DNA from: a virus
IMG/VR virus record: IMGVR_UViG_3300035182_001904
DNA length: 64,000 nucleotides
Reading direction: 5' to 3' (one strand)
Positions within the stretch are counted from its first letter, which is position 1. Each line of letters opens with the position of its first letter. The notes below the pieces were generated by a model, which was given only the letters and a program-made list of their open reading frames with translations, did no database searches and was not told where the DNA came from. This document shows, piece by piece, positions 51,877 to 61,029 of the stretch. The translations under genes were made by a program, and so were the position numbers.

Positions 51877-52467
51877 TCAGCTACCGCTGATGCCACAGAC
51901 GACGCATGGACCGTCACCGTCGAAGCGATGGATCGCGCACGCGCTGGGCGGAACGATGGTCGAGTGCTGCCCTGAAACCACCGCGATGTCGGAGGGCTTG
52001 TCGAGCAAGCCCATCAGAACCTTGTAGCGCGTCATCACGTTGGGGTCCATGCGATCGACGACGACGCCGCCCTCGCGCAGATAGTCCGGAACGTCTGTGC
52101 TCTTGCCGTAGCGGCTCTCGTAGTGCTCGTCGTAGCAGACGCGCGTGATGCCCGAGTTGACGATGCGCTTGGCGCAGTCCCAGCACGGCGTGACGGTCAC
52201 GTAGAGCGTGCACTGCCCCGCGAACCGCCCCGCATAGTCGATGGCGTTCGACTCGGCGTGGAGGGTGCGTACGCAGTGGCCCTCGACCATCTGGCAGCCG
52301 ACCTCGTCGCAGGACGGCAAGTGCCGAGCTGCGCCGTTGTAGCCGGTTGCCACGATGCGATAGGACGCATCTGCGATGACGGCGCCGACGTGACGGCGAG
52401 GACAGGTGGCACGCATCGCCGAGGTGTAGGCGAAGCGCATCATGTACTCATCCCAGTCCGGCCTCAC
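51877..52467 (-). CDS. dCMP deaminase (ComEB-like)
   Basis: RPDWDEY, ATGYNG, HAESNAI, PCWDC; GTG 52467 overlaps the upstream stop. Confidence 0.9.
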   Translation of the reverse strand: MRPDWDEYMMRFAYTSAMRATCPRRHVGAVIADASYRIVATGYNGAARHLPSCDEVGCQMVEGHCVRTLHAESNAIDYAGRFAGQCTLYVTVTPCWDCAKRIVNSGITRVCYDEHYESRYGKSTDVPDYLREGGVVVDRMDPNVMTRYKVLMGLLDKPSDIAVVSGQHSTIVPPSACAIHRFDGDGPCVVCGISGS

Positions 52468-52850
52468 GCGTGCACCCCCTGCATCGAGCGAAGCGTGCAA
52501 TCGAGCGAGTGGTCGAAGGGCGGGAAGCTCGACGCCAGACAGCAACGGCGACGCGCAGACTCGAGTTTCTCGGCCTTCACGAACGGGGCCGTCTGTGGCT
52601 CCGTCTCCTCGGTTACGAGGAGGAACCGTGCCTTGCCCTCTTCTGTGTTGCCCGTGAAGACCTCGAGCGTCCGCACCCACACGACACCGTCATGGCCGGA
52701 GTAGACGATGACCGGCGCAAGCGTCGCTTCGTCGAGACCGGTCGCGATCACCGTGTAGCGGTTCCCGGTCTTCACATGCCGCCAGGTCTGGCCTGCACGT
52801 ACCTCAGATGCGTCGAGCATCCACAACGCCTGTTCCTTGGGTGTCATCAC
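52464..52850 (-). CDS. DUF1653-like protein
   Basis: WRHVKTGNRYTVI...VIVY....VWVRTLEVF. Confidence 0.75.
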   Translation of the reverse strand: MMTPKEQALWMLDASEVRAGQTWRHVKTGNRYTVIATGLDEATLAPVIVYSGHDGVVWVRTLEVFTGNTEEGKARFLLVTEETEPQTAPFVKAEKLESARRRCCLASSFPPFDHSLDCTLRSMQGVHA

Positions 52851-52869
52851 CTCGTCCGTAACACGTCCA

Positions 52870-53055
52870 TCACGCTTCGTTCAACACCTTGCGAACACAC
52901 TCCTCGTAATCTTCGAACGGATGCTCCGCGAATGTTCGACCACACCCACCACAACGTTCTTTCTGCCGCTGCTCCCGCTCGAGGCGAGCGAGGGCTTTGA
53001 GGAACCGTTCGTTCCACTCACGCTGCAACCGCTTGATGGGTTGCCAGGCGCTCAC
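52870..53055 (-). CDS. Small CxxC-containing protein
   Basis: RCGGCGRTFAEH. Confidence 0.5.
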   Translation of the reverse strand: MSAWQPIKRLQREWNERFLKALARLEREQRQKERCGGCGRTFAEHPFEDYEECVRKVLNEA

Positions 53056-53393
53056 CCCGCAACCGCCTCGTAGAGCATGAGCGGCATGCCGGTCCGCTCA
53101 TCGACGTACGTCGCAGCGAAGATCAGGGCGCCGGCGAAATCGAGCGCCTTGCCTGCGGGCAACCACACGAACGACCGCTTGTGGGGCTTGCCTTCGGGGT
53201 CGACCTCGAAGACCAGGGCTGGCAGGGGGATCATTTCAGCCTCGGGCGGCTTTCCCATCGATGCAGGGATGATGGTGCTCGGCGGCTCGTAGCCCGTGAG
53301 GATGGTCCGAAGAACGCCAGGCTCCTTCACCTCGAGCACGAACGGGGTGTAGTCCGACGAGGGCGAGTTGAGAATCTCGATCGCGCGCTTCAT
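53052..53393 (-). CDS. Hypothetical protein
   Basis: ATGA overlaps. Confidence 0.6.
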   Translation of the reverse strand: MKRAIEILNSPSSDYTPFVLEVKEPGVLRTILTGYEPPSTIIPASMGKPPEAEMIPLPALVFEVDPEGKPHKRSFVWLPAGKALDFAGALIFAATYVDERTGMPLMLYEAVAG

Positions 53394-53650
53394 GGATGCC
53401 TCATATCACGGACCTCGAGCTGTTCGATCCGATTCTCCAGGGATCGGACGTGTTCGTCACCCCAGAACTTGATGAGTGACGACACGATCAAGGCGATGGC
53501 GACGATGACCGCGGACCCGCGGACGGTCTTGCGTGCCTGCGCGATGGTCTCGGGCAGAGACGCATTTTTGGCGACCGTCTCGATGGCATCTACCTGCAGG
53601 CGCAGGTTCGCGAGCCCGCGTGCAACTTGATCGACTTCGTTGGGTGCCAT
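53390..53650 (-). CDS. Coiled-coil single-TM protein
   Basis: SAVIVAIALIVSSLIKFW. Confidence 0.6.
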   Translation of the reverse strand: MAPNEVDQVARGLANLRLQVDAIETVAKNASLPETIAQARKTVRGSAVIVAIALIVSSLIKFWGDEHVRSLENRIEQLEVRDMRHP

Positions 53651-53654
53651 CGCA

Positions 53655-53978
53655 TCACGGCTTCACGATGGCGATCTCATCGGTCTCGTAGGCGATGAGG
53701 TAGGCGCGTTTGTACATGCTGGGCAGATCCAAGCTCGAGGATTGCTGCACCCGCATGTTGTCGATGACGTTCTCCATCGCCATGAGCGCGATGTTGATCG
53801 AGGTGGGGATGACGATCCGGATGGGCAGGTGTGTGATCGGGAGCGACAGGGAATCGCCCACGGGTGAAGGCGCGGGGGCTGCAGGCGCTGCGAACCGCGA
53901 CACCATGCCCTTGGTGGAGACCGTGACGCCGCGCCCGGTGGCGACGCCCTTTGAGCCAAGAGGTCCGCCGGCGCTCAC
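53655..53978 (-). CDS. Hypothetical (virion?) protein
   Basis: Coupled to the upstream fibre gene. Confidence 0.55.
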   Translation of the reverse strand: MSAGGPLGSKGVATGRGVTVSTKGMVSRFAAPAAPAPSPVGDSLSLPITHLPIRIVIPTSINIALMAMENVIDNMRVQQSSSLDLPSMYKRAYLIAYETDEIAIVKP

Positions 53979-55561
53979 TGCCGCACCACCCGATGAGTCG
54001 CGATCTTGTTCGGCCCCACGTACGTCGTCGTCACCAGGAACGTCGCGAACTCACCTTCAGCGACACCGCCGTCTGTGGCGGCTGCCGTGGCGACGCCATC
54101 ACGGAAGATGCGCATCCGCGCAGCCGTCTGACCGTTCGGGCTCGTGTTGTCGGTCTGGTCCATGAAGAAGTTGCCCTGGAGCAGGCCTGCCGCGATCGCG
54201 ATACCGTCGGCGATGCTGCCAACGACCGCGTGTCCCGTGAGCAACGCGTCGAGGATGGCCGCGACCGTCACCGAGGTCGAAGCAGGCAAGACGACATAGC
54301 CCAGGAGGATCCGGTCGGTGGCGAACGTGGCGGTCGTGAGCCCGGTGTTCGCGAACCGAATGCGCACGAGGCCGCCGCTCGAGTGCGAGTTGGTCAGCGC
54401 GTACTCGCCGCCATACGCGACGGTGTCGCCGGACCCGGCAATAAAGCCGAGCTGGTCCCAGGCGAGACTTGTCCAGTTCCAGGCGTACACCTTCATGGTG
54501 TTGCCTGCCGTGTTCAAGTAGCCCATCCACTGCACAGACACGCCGGCCGCGTTGGCGATCGCTGCGATGTTGAACTCGTAGTAGAAGTCGATCGCGCCCG
54601 CGACGTCGGTGAACGTGTGGAACACGCGGTCGAGGGTGTCGGAGTTGGCGAGCACGCCGACTTCAGTACCGGACACGATCGTGCGTGAGGTCGCGATCGC
54701 GTTGAGCGCTGCACCTGTGACCGCGATGTTGGCAACCTGCTCGGCGATCGCGAGACCGTCGGACGATCCGGCCGTGGCGTTGGGGATCTGGTTGCCGACC
54801 ACGGGCAGGCCCGTGTCTGCGCCTGCCGCTGCGAGGGGAATCTGGGTGCCGACCACGGGAAGGCCTGTGTTCGCACCTGCGGTTGCAAGCGGGATCTGGG
54901 TGCCGATGACAGGCAGGCCGGTGTTCGTGCCTGCGGCGGCAAGCGGGATCTGGGTGCCGACCAACGGCAGACCCCCGGCCGCGCCCGCGCTCGGCAGAGG
55001 GACTTGAACCCCGACGACAGGGAGCCCTGCGTTCAAACCCGCGGTCGCGTTGGGCAACGAGCTGAGCCCCATGTGGACCGCGTCGTTCTTGTTGATGGCG
55101 ATGATGTTGACCGTGATCTCGTCGTTCTCTTGCGCGCCGGTCTGGCCGATTCCAGGAGCCGCCGTGATCCGAAGAGGCATGAAGCCCAACGTGTCGACCA
55201 TCGCGCCTGTGAAGGCGAGATCGTACCAACCGTTGTCGCGGTCGGTGATACTGGGTGTGATCGTGAGGAAGCCTGCACCTGTCTTCTTGCTGGTGATCAC
55301 CATCGCCGTAGCAAGCCCCGAGATGCCAGCGCCCGTATCTGTGCTGCGCATGTACACAGGGATCGAGACTGCGACGTTTTGTGTGACTTCGATAACCTGC
55401 ATGGACTGCCTCAAGTTCGAGTTCGGAGATCGCCAAGAACCCAGGCGAGACCGTGCAGAGACGTAAAGACTGCTGGGCGTTGTACCGTCTCCCAAACGCA
55501 CCACAGGCGATACGTTGATCGCGCCTGGTGACCCCATATCAACACCTGTACGAACTGTCAT
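53975..55561 (-). CDS. Fibre/appendage-like protein with 18-aa tandem repeats
   Basis: PxAxAGxxxGLPVVGxQI x5 plus a partial copy; Ig-like N-terminus (ITDRDNGWYDL). Confidence 0.65.
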   Translation of the reverse strand: MTVRTGVDMGSPGAINVSPVVRLGDGTTPSSLYVSARSRLGSWRSPNSNLRQSMQVIEVTQNVAVSIPVYMRSTDTGAGISGLATAMVITSKKTGAGFLTITPSITDRDNGWYDLAFTGAMVDTLGFMPLRITAAPGIGQTGAQENDEITVNIIAINKNDAVHMGLSSLPNATAGLNAGLPVVGVQVPLPSAGAAGGLPLVGTQIPLAAAGTNTGLPVIGTQIPLATAGANTGLPVVGTQIPLAAAGADTGLPVVGNQIPNATAGSSDGLAIAEQVANIAVTGAALNAIATSRTIVSGTEVGVLANSDTLDRVFHTFTDVAGAIDFYYEFNIAAIANAAGVSVQWMGYLNTAGNTMKVYAWNWTSLAWDQLGFIAGSGDTVAYGGEYALTNSHSSGGLVRIRFANTGLTTATFATDRILLGYVVLPASTSVTVAAILDALLTGHAVVGSIADGIAIAAGLLQGNFFMDQTDNTSPNGQTAARMRIFRDGVATAAATDGGVAEGEFATFLVTTTYVGPNKIATHRVVRQ

Positions 55562-56637
55562 TGGGACACCAAGCGCGTTACGCCATCACCGGGAAGAATG
55601 ATGCCGGGAGCAATCGCCCAGAACTGCTTGTCGCCGTATGAATCCAAGAATTCAGGAAGGCCAGCCACGTTGGTAATCGAAGACCAGTGGTCAATCTTCG
55701 TGCCTAGCTTACCGTCTGCGGATGCGTTCCGGGCGCCCATCGTTGTGGGGAAGATGAGTTGACCCTTGTGGCCTTGCAGGGCTGGTTTTTCTGCACTCCA
55801 GAATTGCGCGCCCCCGTTGACAGCCCCAACCGCGCCACCCGGCTGTTCCCCGCCGATGGTGGCTAGCGCGTTAGTATCGGCGCCCCCTGCACGCACACGA
55901 CACAGGTCTGCAACACTGGACCCTGTATAGATCACGTTTAAAATAGTTGCGAGGGAGTAGATTCGACCACCGTTTCCGTTGCCGCCTTGATAGTACGTTT
56001 TGATAGCGCCAACGGTGCCCCCGCCCGTGCCCAGCGTAAAAGAAGCGGGCGCTATAAGGGCGCTCGTAAACTTTTCACCGGCGATATAGGCGCAAAAAGC
56101 GTGTCCCGTCACACCCAGATTGGCACCAGTGGCCGTGACAAGACGCCACATCTTCTTGTCGCTCGAGCCCCACATGTGCCAAACCGTATCCGAAGGCCGT
56201 GAAGTATTATTTGCGTTGACCCATTCACTGGAAGCAACGTCAAAACACTCGTCGGACGCAGTCGGTTGTTGATTGGGAGTGGCAGCGGCTACATAGTTTC
56301 CGCCTGTCGAGTGTGCCAACCGAACGATTGCGTCAGATGACGAGTTAAACGAGAAGCACCAGTCGATGCCCGCGCCGTCGGTCAGGACGATCCAAGACAT
56401 CGCGCCGGCAGCCCCGTTGTTACGGGTCGCCCATGTGGTCGCACTGGTGATACGGTCAACACCGTCCATGGCGCCGGTCGTACCGTCGCACGAGCCCTTG
56501 ACGGTGTACCCCATCGTCGTTTTCAAGAAGTTCTTGAGCGAGAAGACCAGGTCACCCATCGTTCGAATGATCGACACGAAGATCGATCGATTGTTGAACG
56601 ACATCGTCCAAGTCTGCGTGACGGTAGGAAGACCCAT
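55558..56637 (-). CDS. Fibre/receptor-binding-like paralog 1
   Basis: MGLPTVTQTWTMSFNNR; conserved GYTVKGSCDG..WIVLTDGAGIDW..WGSSDKKM; divergent C-terminus. Confidence 0.7.
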   Translation of the reverse strand: MGLPTVTQTWTMSFNNRSIFVSIIRTMGDLVFSLKNFLKTTMGYTVKGSCDGTTGAMDGVDRITSATTWATRNNGAAGAMSWIVLTDGAGIDWCFSFNSSSDAIVRLAHSTGGNYVAAATPNQQPTASDECFDVASSEWVNANNTSRPSDTVWHMWGSSDKKMWRLVTATGANLGVTGHAFCAYIAGEKFTSALIAPASFTLGTGGGTVGAIKTYYQGGNGNGGRIYSLATILNVIYTGSSVADLCRVRAGGADTNALATIGGEQPGGAVGAVNGGAQFWSAEKPALQGHKGQLIFPTTMGARNASADGKLGTKIDHWSSITNVAGLPEFLDSYGDKQFWAIAPGIILPGDGVTRLVSQ

Positions 56638-57665
56638 TATGTGGACACCGGCGTAGTGGCGCCGTCTCCCGGTAGGATGATCGCGCCTCCAATTTCGACG
56701 ACCACGAATTGGAGTGTACCGAACGTATCAACAAGGCCCGGAACCGTCGTGCTGTTGGTCAACACGTACCAGCTGTCAATCTTGCTTCCGAGCTTACCGT
56801 CGGCATTGGCAAGCCTGCTTCCCATTTGAGCAGGGAACATCAGTTCGCCAGTCGCACCTTGAAGTAGTGGAAGTTCTGCGTTGAAAAGCACGGCACTCGA
56901 AGCCAAGGACCCAACACCACCACCAGGCATCTCACCGCCAATCGACGCTGCTGCGTTGATGTCTTGGTTCGTATGTACGCGGCACAGGTCTCCGAGAGCG
57001 GAGGGTGCATACGTGGCGTTGAAATTCGAGTTGAAAGTCGAACCGTTATAAAATGACTTGACCGCACCTACGGTTCCGCCACCAGTGCCCAGTGTGAAAG
57101 TTGCGGGTGAAACCAGCGCACTCGTGAACTTCTCGCCTGCTTGATACATGACGAGAGCGCTGGACCGCATGACCGTCGAGCGCCACATCTTCTTGTCGCT
57201 CGAGCCCCACATATGCCAGACCCGGTCAGCGCTAGCCGTGCTGTTTACCCAAGAACCGCTAGCCGCATCGAAACACTCGTCCGTAGCGGTGGGTTGCTGG
57301 TTCGCTGTAGCCGCGGCGACGTAGTTGCCGCCCGTCGAATGCGCCAGCCGGAAAATGTCATCGGAGGCCGAGTTGAACGAGAAGCACCAGTCGACGCCTG
57401 CGCCGTCGGTCAAGACAAACCAGGCTTGTGAACCGGCAGCGCCGTTGTTGCGTGGTGCAACATCGGTGGCGACGGTCCAACGGTCCACACCGTCCATGGC
57501 GCCGGTACCTGCCGAGCAGGAACCCTTGACGGTCATGCCCATGGTCGTCTTCAAGAAGTCCTTGAGGGAGAGCATGTAGCTCTGCATCGCGCCAAGAACC
57601 GATACGAACGTGTATCGGTTGTTGAACGACGTCGTCCAGGTCTGTGTGACGGTAGGTAGCGCCAT
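56637..57665 (-). CDS. Fibre/receptor-binding-like paralog 2
   Basis: MALPTVTQTWTTSFNNR; same motifs. Confidence 0.7.
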   Translation of the reverse strand: MALPTVTQTWTTSFNNRYTFVSVLGAMQSYMLSLKDFLKTTMGMTVKGSCSAGTGAMDGVDRWTVATDVAPRNNGAAGSQAWFVLTDGAGVDWCFSFNSASDDIFRLAHSTGGNYVAAATANQQPTATDECFDAASGSWVNSTASADRVWHMWGSSDKKMWRSTVMRSSALVMYQAGEKFTSALVSPATFTLGTGGGTVGAVKSFYNGSTFNSNFNATYAPSALGDLCRVHTNQDINAAASIGGEMPGGGVGSLASSAVLFNAELPLLQGATGELMFPAQMGSRLANADGKLGSKIDSWYVLTNSTTVPGLVDTFGTLQFVVVEIGGAIILPGDGATTPVST

Positions 57666-57668
57666 ATG

Positions 57669-58697
57669 TCAGGACGTCAGTGGGGTTGTTACGCCGTCAA
57701 GCGGCAAGATGATGCCGGGCGTGACCGTGTAGAATTGAAGGTTACCAAACACGTCACCTACGGCGGGCGTGGTTGCGCTGTTCGAGATGGAGTACCACTG
57801 GTCGAACAAGCTGCCCAACTTGCCGTCCGTGCTGGCTTGGATCGAACCTGTTTGTGTAGGGAATAACAGGATCCCGACACCACCCTGAAGAAGGGGGCGC
57901 TCGTTGTTCATGAGCGCGGAGAGGCCTGCCATGCCTCCGATAAGCTCCCCACCATTGCCTGCCTTGCAGTTGGCATCGACCGACGTATGCAACCGACACA
58001 CGTCGCCTGCCGCATTGGCGACATAGCCGACCATGTTGTTAGAGGACACAGACGAGCCGCTGTAGAATGACTTGAGAGCCGCGACCGTTCCGCCGCCGAC
58101 AGCAAGCGTGAACGTGGCAGGTGCGACCAGGGCGCCCGTGAACTTCTCGCCCTTGATGAAAGACGCAAGGACTCCCGTACGATAGATCGCCATGCGGAAC
58201 ATCTTCTTGTCGCTGCTGCCCCAGAAATGCCAGACGCGGTCCGCGCTGATGTTCCCGTTGATCCAAGACCCACTCTGGGTGTCGAAGCATTCATCCGTCG
58301 CGGTGGGTTGCTGGGCTGGAGTCCCTGCCGCAATGTAGACACCGCCTTGCGAATGCGAAAGCCGCGAGACGTCATCCGCGACGGACTGGTACGTGAACAA
58401 CCAGTCGATCCCGGCGCCGTCTGTCAGGACGATCCACGACTGCGCGGCGCCCGCGATCGTCGCGCGCGTGGCCCACTTGTTCGCAGCCGTGATGCGGTTG
58501 ACGCCGTCCATCGCGCCGGTCGTACCGTCACACGATCCCTTGACGGTGTACCCCATCGTCGTCGTGAGGAAGCCGCCCACGCCGACCCATGAAAACAACA
58601 AGGCGCCCATCGTCGTGATGAGCGTCGATGAACCTGTGTACACGTACCTGTTGTTGAACGAGTACGTCCATGTCTGGGTGACCGTGGGCAGCGACAT
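57669..58697 (-). CDS. Fibre/receptor-binding-like paralog 3
   Basis: MSLPTVTQTWTYSFNNR; same motifs. Confidence 0.7.
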   Translation of the reverse strand: MSLPTVTQTWTYSFNNRYVYTGSSTLITTMGALLFSWVGVGGFLTTTMGYTVKGSCDGTTGAMDGVNRITAANKWATRATIAGAAQSWIVLTDGAGIDWLFTYQSVADDVSRLSHSQGGVYIAAGTPAQQPTATDECFDTQSGSWINGNISADRVWHFWGSSDKKMFRMAIYRTGVLASFIKGEKFTGALVAPATFTLAVGGGTVAALKSFYSGSSVSSNNMVGYVANAAGDVCRLHTSVDANCKAGNGGELIGGMAGLSALMNNERPLLQGGVGILLFPTQTGSIQASTDGKLGSLFDQWYSISNSATTPAVGDVFGNLQFYTVTPGIILPLDGVTTPLTS

Positions 58698-59270
58698 CTA
58701 CTTGGACTCCGGCATCACGAGCCGCGTGAGGCTATCGAAGCTGTCCTTGACGTGCGCCATCAGCTCGAGGCCCGTGAACTCGTGCCCTTGGCCGGTGCAT
58801 GCGAACTGCTCGCTGGCACGACGCCGATAGATCTTCGTGCCGCACTTGGGACACGCGAGGTTGGTCTCGATGTCCGCTTCGACCGTACGTGCGTTGGTGT
58901 GCCCCAGCGGGTGCGTCACTGGAGCAGCGCCACGCTCGTGCGCCACACAGGCGGCACAGTCACGGGCGTGGGCGTCGACGTGCCACCGTCCGCCATCGAG
59001 GGGCTCGGCCTTCGAGGCCGCTTCGTCTGCCGCCTTCAGGTGGTATGGCGCATGGGCTGCGCGCACGGCGGGATCGGGCTCGGCCATCACGTGACCGTGA
59101 CGCTCGAGCGAACGGGCACGCGCACGCTCTCCGCCGACGTCGACATCGATGGTCAGGCCGCATCCGGTATGGACGCGATGCGTGTGGTGCGGTCCGGTCT
59201 CGTGCTTGTCGACGCGCGCGACCGTGTGCATGGCGCCGTCGATCATGACGTGAGTCTTGGTGTGCAACAT
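58698..59270 (-). CDS. His/Cys-rich zinc-binding protein
   Basis: ATG 59270 coupled to the upstream stop; HTGCG, CAAC, CPKCG..C..GH. Confidence 0.6.
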   Translation of the reverse strand: MLHTKTHVMIDGAMHTVARVDKHETGPHHTHRVHTGCGLTIDVDVGGERARARSLERHGHVMAEPDPAVRAAHAPYHLKAADEAASKAEPLDGGRWHVDAHARDCAACVAHERGAAPVTHPLGHTNARTVEADIETNLACPKCGTKIYRRRASEQFACTGQGHEFTGLELMAHVKDSFDSLTRLVMPESK

Positions 59271-59773
59271 CAGCAGGGCTCCCATTTTCCGTTGGTCACA
59301 TGACCATGTGCACCACAGGTGCGGCAAAGCAAGCTTGGCATGAGCGTCAAAGGATCGACGCTCACGACCTGATGGATCGGCGTGCCGTTGAGCGGGCGGA
59401 CGGCACAGAACGACTGGCAGAGCATCCCCTCGAGGCTTCGAGCATCGGGATGAGTGTGCAGCCACCCGATGAGCTGTTCGTCGCTGCCAAGCACCGCCTC
59501 GAAGATGTGCCCGTACCCGAGGTCCAGCTTGCCTGCATGGACGAGGGGGTTCAACGGAGGCGGTGTCGGCATCGGCTTCCACGTGGGACGCCCATCGATC
59601 TCCTCGAGGTCGTCGGCGGTACGCGGCGTGGGCACTTCGAAGCCGTGGTCGACGAGGCACACGGCGCACACCGGCCGCCGAGCGAATTCGGTGCCCGGCA
59701 CGTGATAGAGCTTGGTGTCGATGCGTTTGCAGTCGCACTCACCAACGCCGACGTAGACGGGACGCTCGGTCAT
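59270..59773 (-). CDS. Cys-rich protein with C-terminal TLxPS..C..HG.VTNG (DUF6527-like) domain
   Basis: DPLTLMPSLLCRTCGAHGHVTNGKWEPC. Confidence 0.6.
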   Translation of the reverse strand: MTERPVYVGVGECDCKRIDTKLYHVPGTEFARRPVCAVCLVDHGFEVPTPRTADDLEEIDGRPTWKPMPTPPPLNPLVHAGKLDLGYGHIFEAVLGSDEQLIGWLHTHPDARSLEGMLCQSFCAVRPLNGTPIHQVVSVDPLTLMPSLLCRTCGAHGHVTNGKWEPC

Positions 59774-60963
59774 CGCAGGCCGCCACCTGAATGCATCCCG
59801 CCGGTCTGTGCGGGCACGCCGCCCATCCCCGGCGAGGTCTGACCCTTGCCAGGACCTTCGTGTCGTTGCGAGCGCAGCGCGTTCGTGTCCAGCGAGAAGT
59901 TGGTCTTGGGCGCGAAGTCGGTCGCGAACTTGGCAGCGTTGACGCCGAGTGCGGCTTCTTTCTTTTCGGCGTCGGCCTTGGTCTTCTCGACGATGCCGTC
60001 CGGATGCTCGTTCTGGGAGTAGACCGTGTAGAGCTTGAGCGGGTCGTCACCCGTATTGACGATGTTGTGTTGCGTGCCTGCGGGGATGATGAGCGCGGTG
60101 CCGTCGCGCATCGGACGCTCGACGCCGTTCAAGACGGCCTTGCCCTGGCCGCCTTCGACGCGGATGAACTGGTCCGTGTTCGGATGCTTCTCGGAGCCGA
60201 TGTCGCCGCCCTTGGGCAGGGACATCACGACAAGCTGCTCTTTCTTGGCGGTGTGCAGGACCTTGCGGTAGTTGTCGTTGGCGTTGGTGGCGTCGTCGAT
60301 GTTGGTGATGAAGCCGGGGAAGGCGGCCTCGGCGGCCTTCTGTCCCATCGAACGTTCGACGCCCGTCAACGGGATCTCGTGGTGGTCCCGCGACGTCACG
60401 TGCGCTCGGTCGATCGTGAATCGTCCGTTGATCACAGGCAGTGGCTCTTCGGTGCGCCCAGCGTCACCGAGGTAGCCGAGCGTGATGTGCGGCGTGAACA
60501 CGTGCTTGTCGCTCGGGTCGATGCCGTGGACCTTGAGGGCGCGCACCATGTCGACGTGCAGATGTTCGAGGCCAGGGGCGTCGAGCAACGCGACCAGCGC
60601 GGTGTTCCGCTTGCCTTGGGAGGCCGCGCCATCGAAGTAGCCCCAGCCCTGGATCTTCGCTTCGATGGGCTCGGCGTTCTCGCCAACCTGACGAAGTGCC
60701 GCGAGCGCGGCGTGGACCTTCTCGGGCGGGTGGTCCTCGAGCGGCTTCTTCGTGTAGACCAGGGTGATGTGGTCGATGTCGGAGTGCTTCGCAGCGTCCG
60801 GGATGACCTTCTTCTGGATCTCGCGAAGGTTCTCAGCGACGTGCTCGGGCACACGCACGTGCACGAAGAAGGTCTTCGGGCTCGTCGAGATCTCAGCGGT
60901 CTTCTCGCGGCTGGCAGCCGAGAGGAGCTGGTCGAGGACGCCCGCAAGCGAGACGGTTCGCAC
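59770..60963 (-). CDS. 2H phosphoesterase (Acb1/gp57B/LigT-like) fused to a cupin domain, with KxA junctions
   Basis: DHITLVY and FTPHITLGY HxT pair; LVALLDAPGLEHLH; cupin GSEKHPNTDQFIRVEGG..IPAGTQHNIVNTG; leaderless GTG 60963 6 nt after TATAAT. Confidence 0.85.
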   Translation of the reverse strand: MRTVSLAGVLDQLLSAASREKTAEISTSPKTFFVHVRVPEHVAENLREIQKKVIPDAAKHSDIDHITLVYTKKPLEDHPPEKVHAALAALRQVGENAEPIEAKIQGWGYFDGAASQGKRNTALVALLDAPGLEHLHVDMVRALKVHGIDPSDKHVFTPHITLGYLGDAGRTEEPLPVINGRFTIDRAHVTSRDHHEIPLTGVERSMGQKAAEAAFPGFITNIDDATNANDNYRKVLHTAKKEQLVVMSLPKGGDIGSEKHPNTDQFIRVEGGQGKAVLNGVERPMRDGTALIIPAGTQHNIVNTGDDPLKLYTVYSQNEHPDGIVEKTKADAEKKEAALGVNAAKFATDFAPKTNFSLDTNALRSQRHEGPGKGQTSPGMGGVPAQTGGMHSGGGLR

Positions 60964-60968
60964 GGGGA

Positions 60969-61023
60969 AATTATAGGGGGTTTCAGCCCCCTTGCGTCGG
61001 GGCCAAAAAAATCCTCCTATCAT
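60969..61023. promoter_or_regulatory. Back-to-back leaderless promoters (CCTATAATT on minus, CCTATCATT on plus)
   Basis: Each -10 ends 6 nt before its start codon (60963 and 61030). Confidence 0.6.
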
Positions 61024-61029
61024 TACAAG

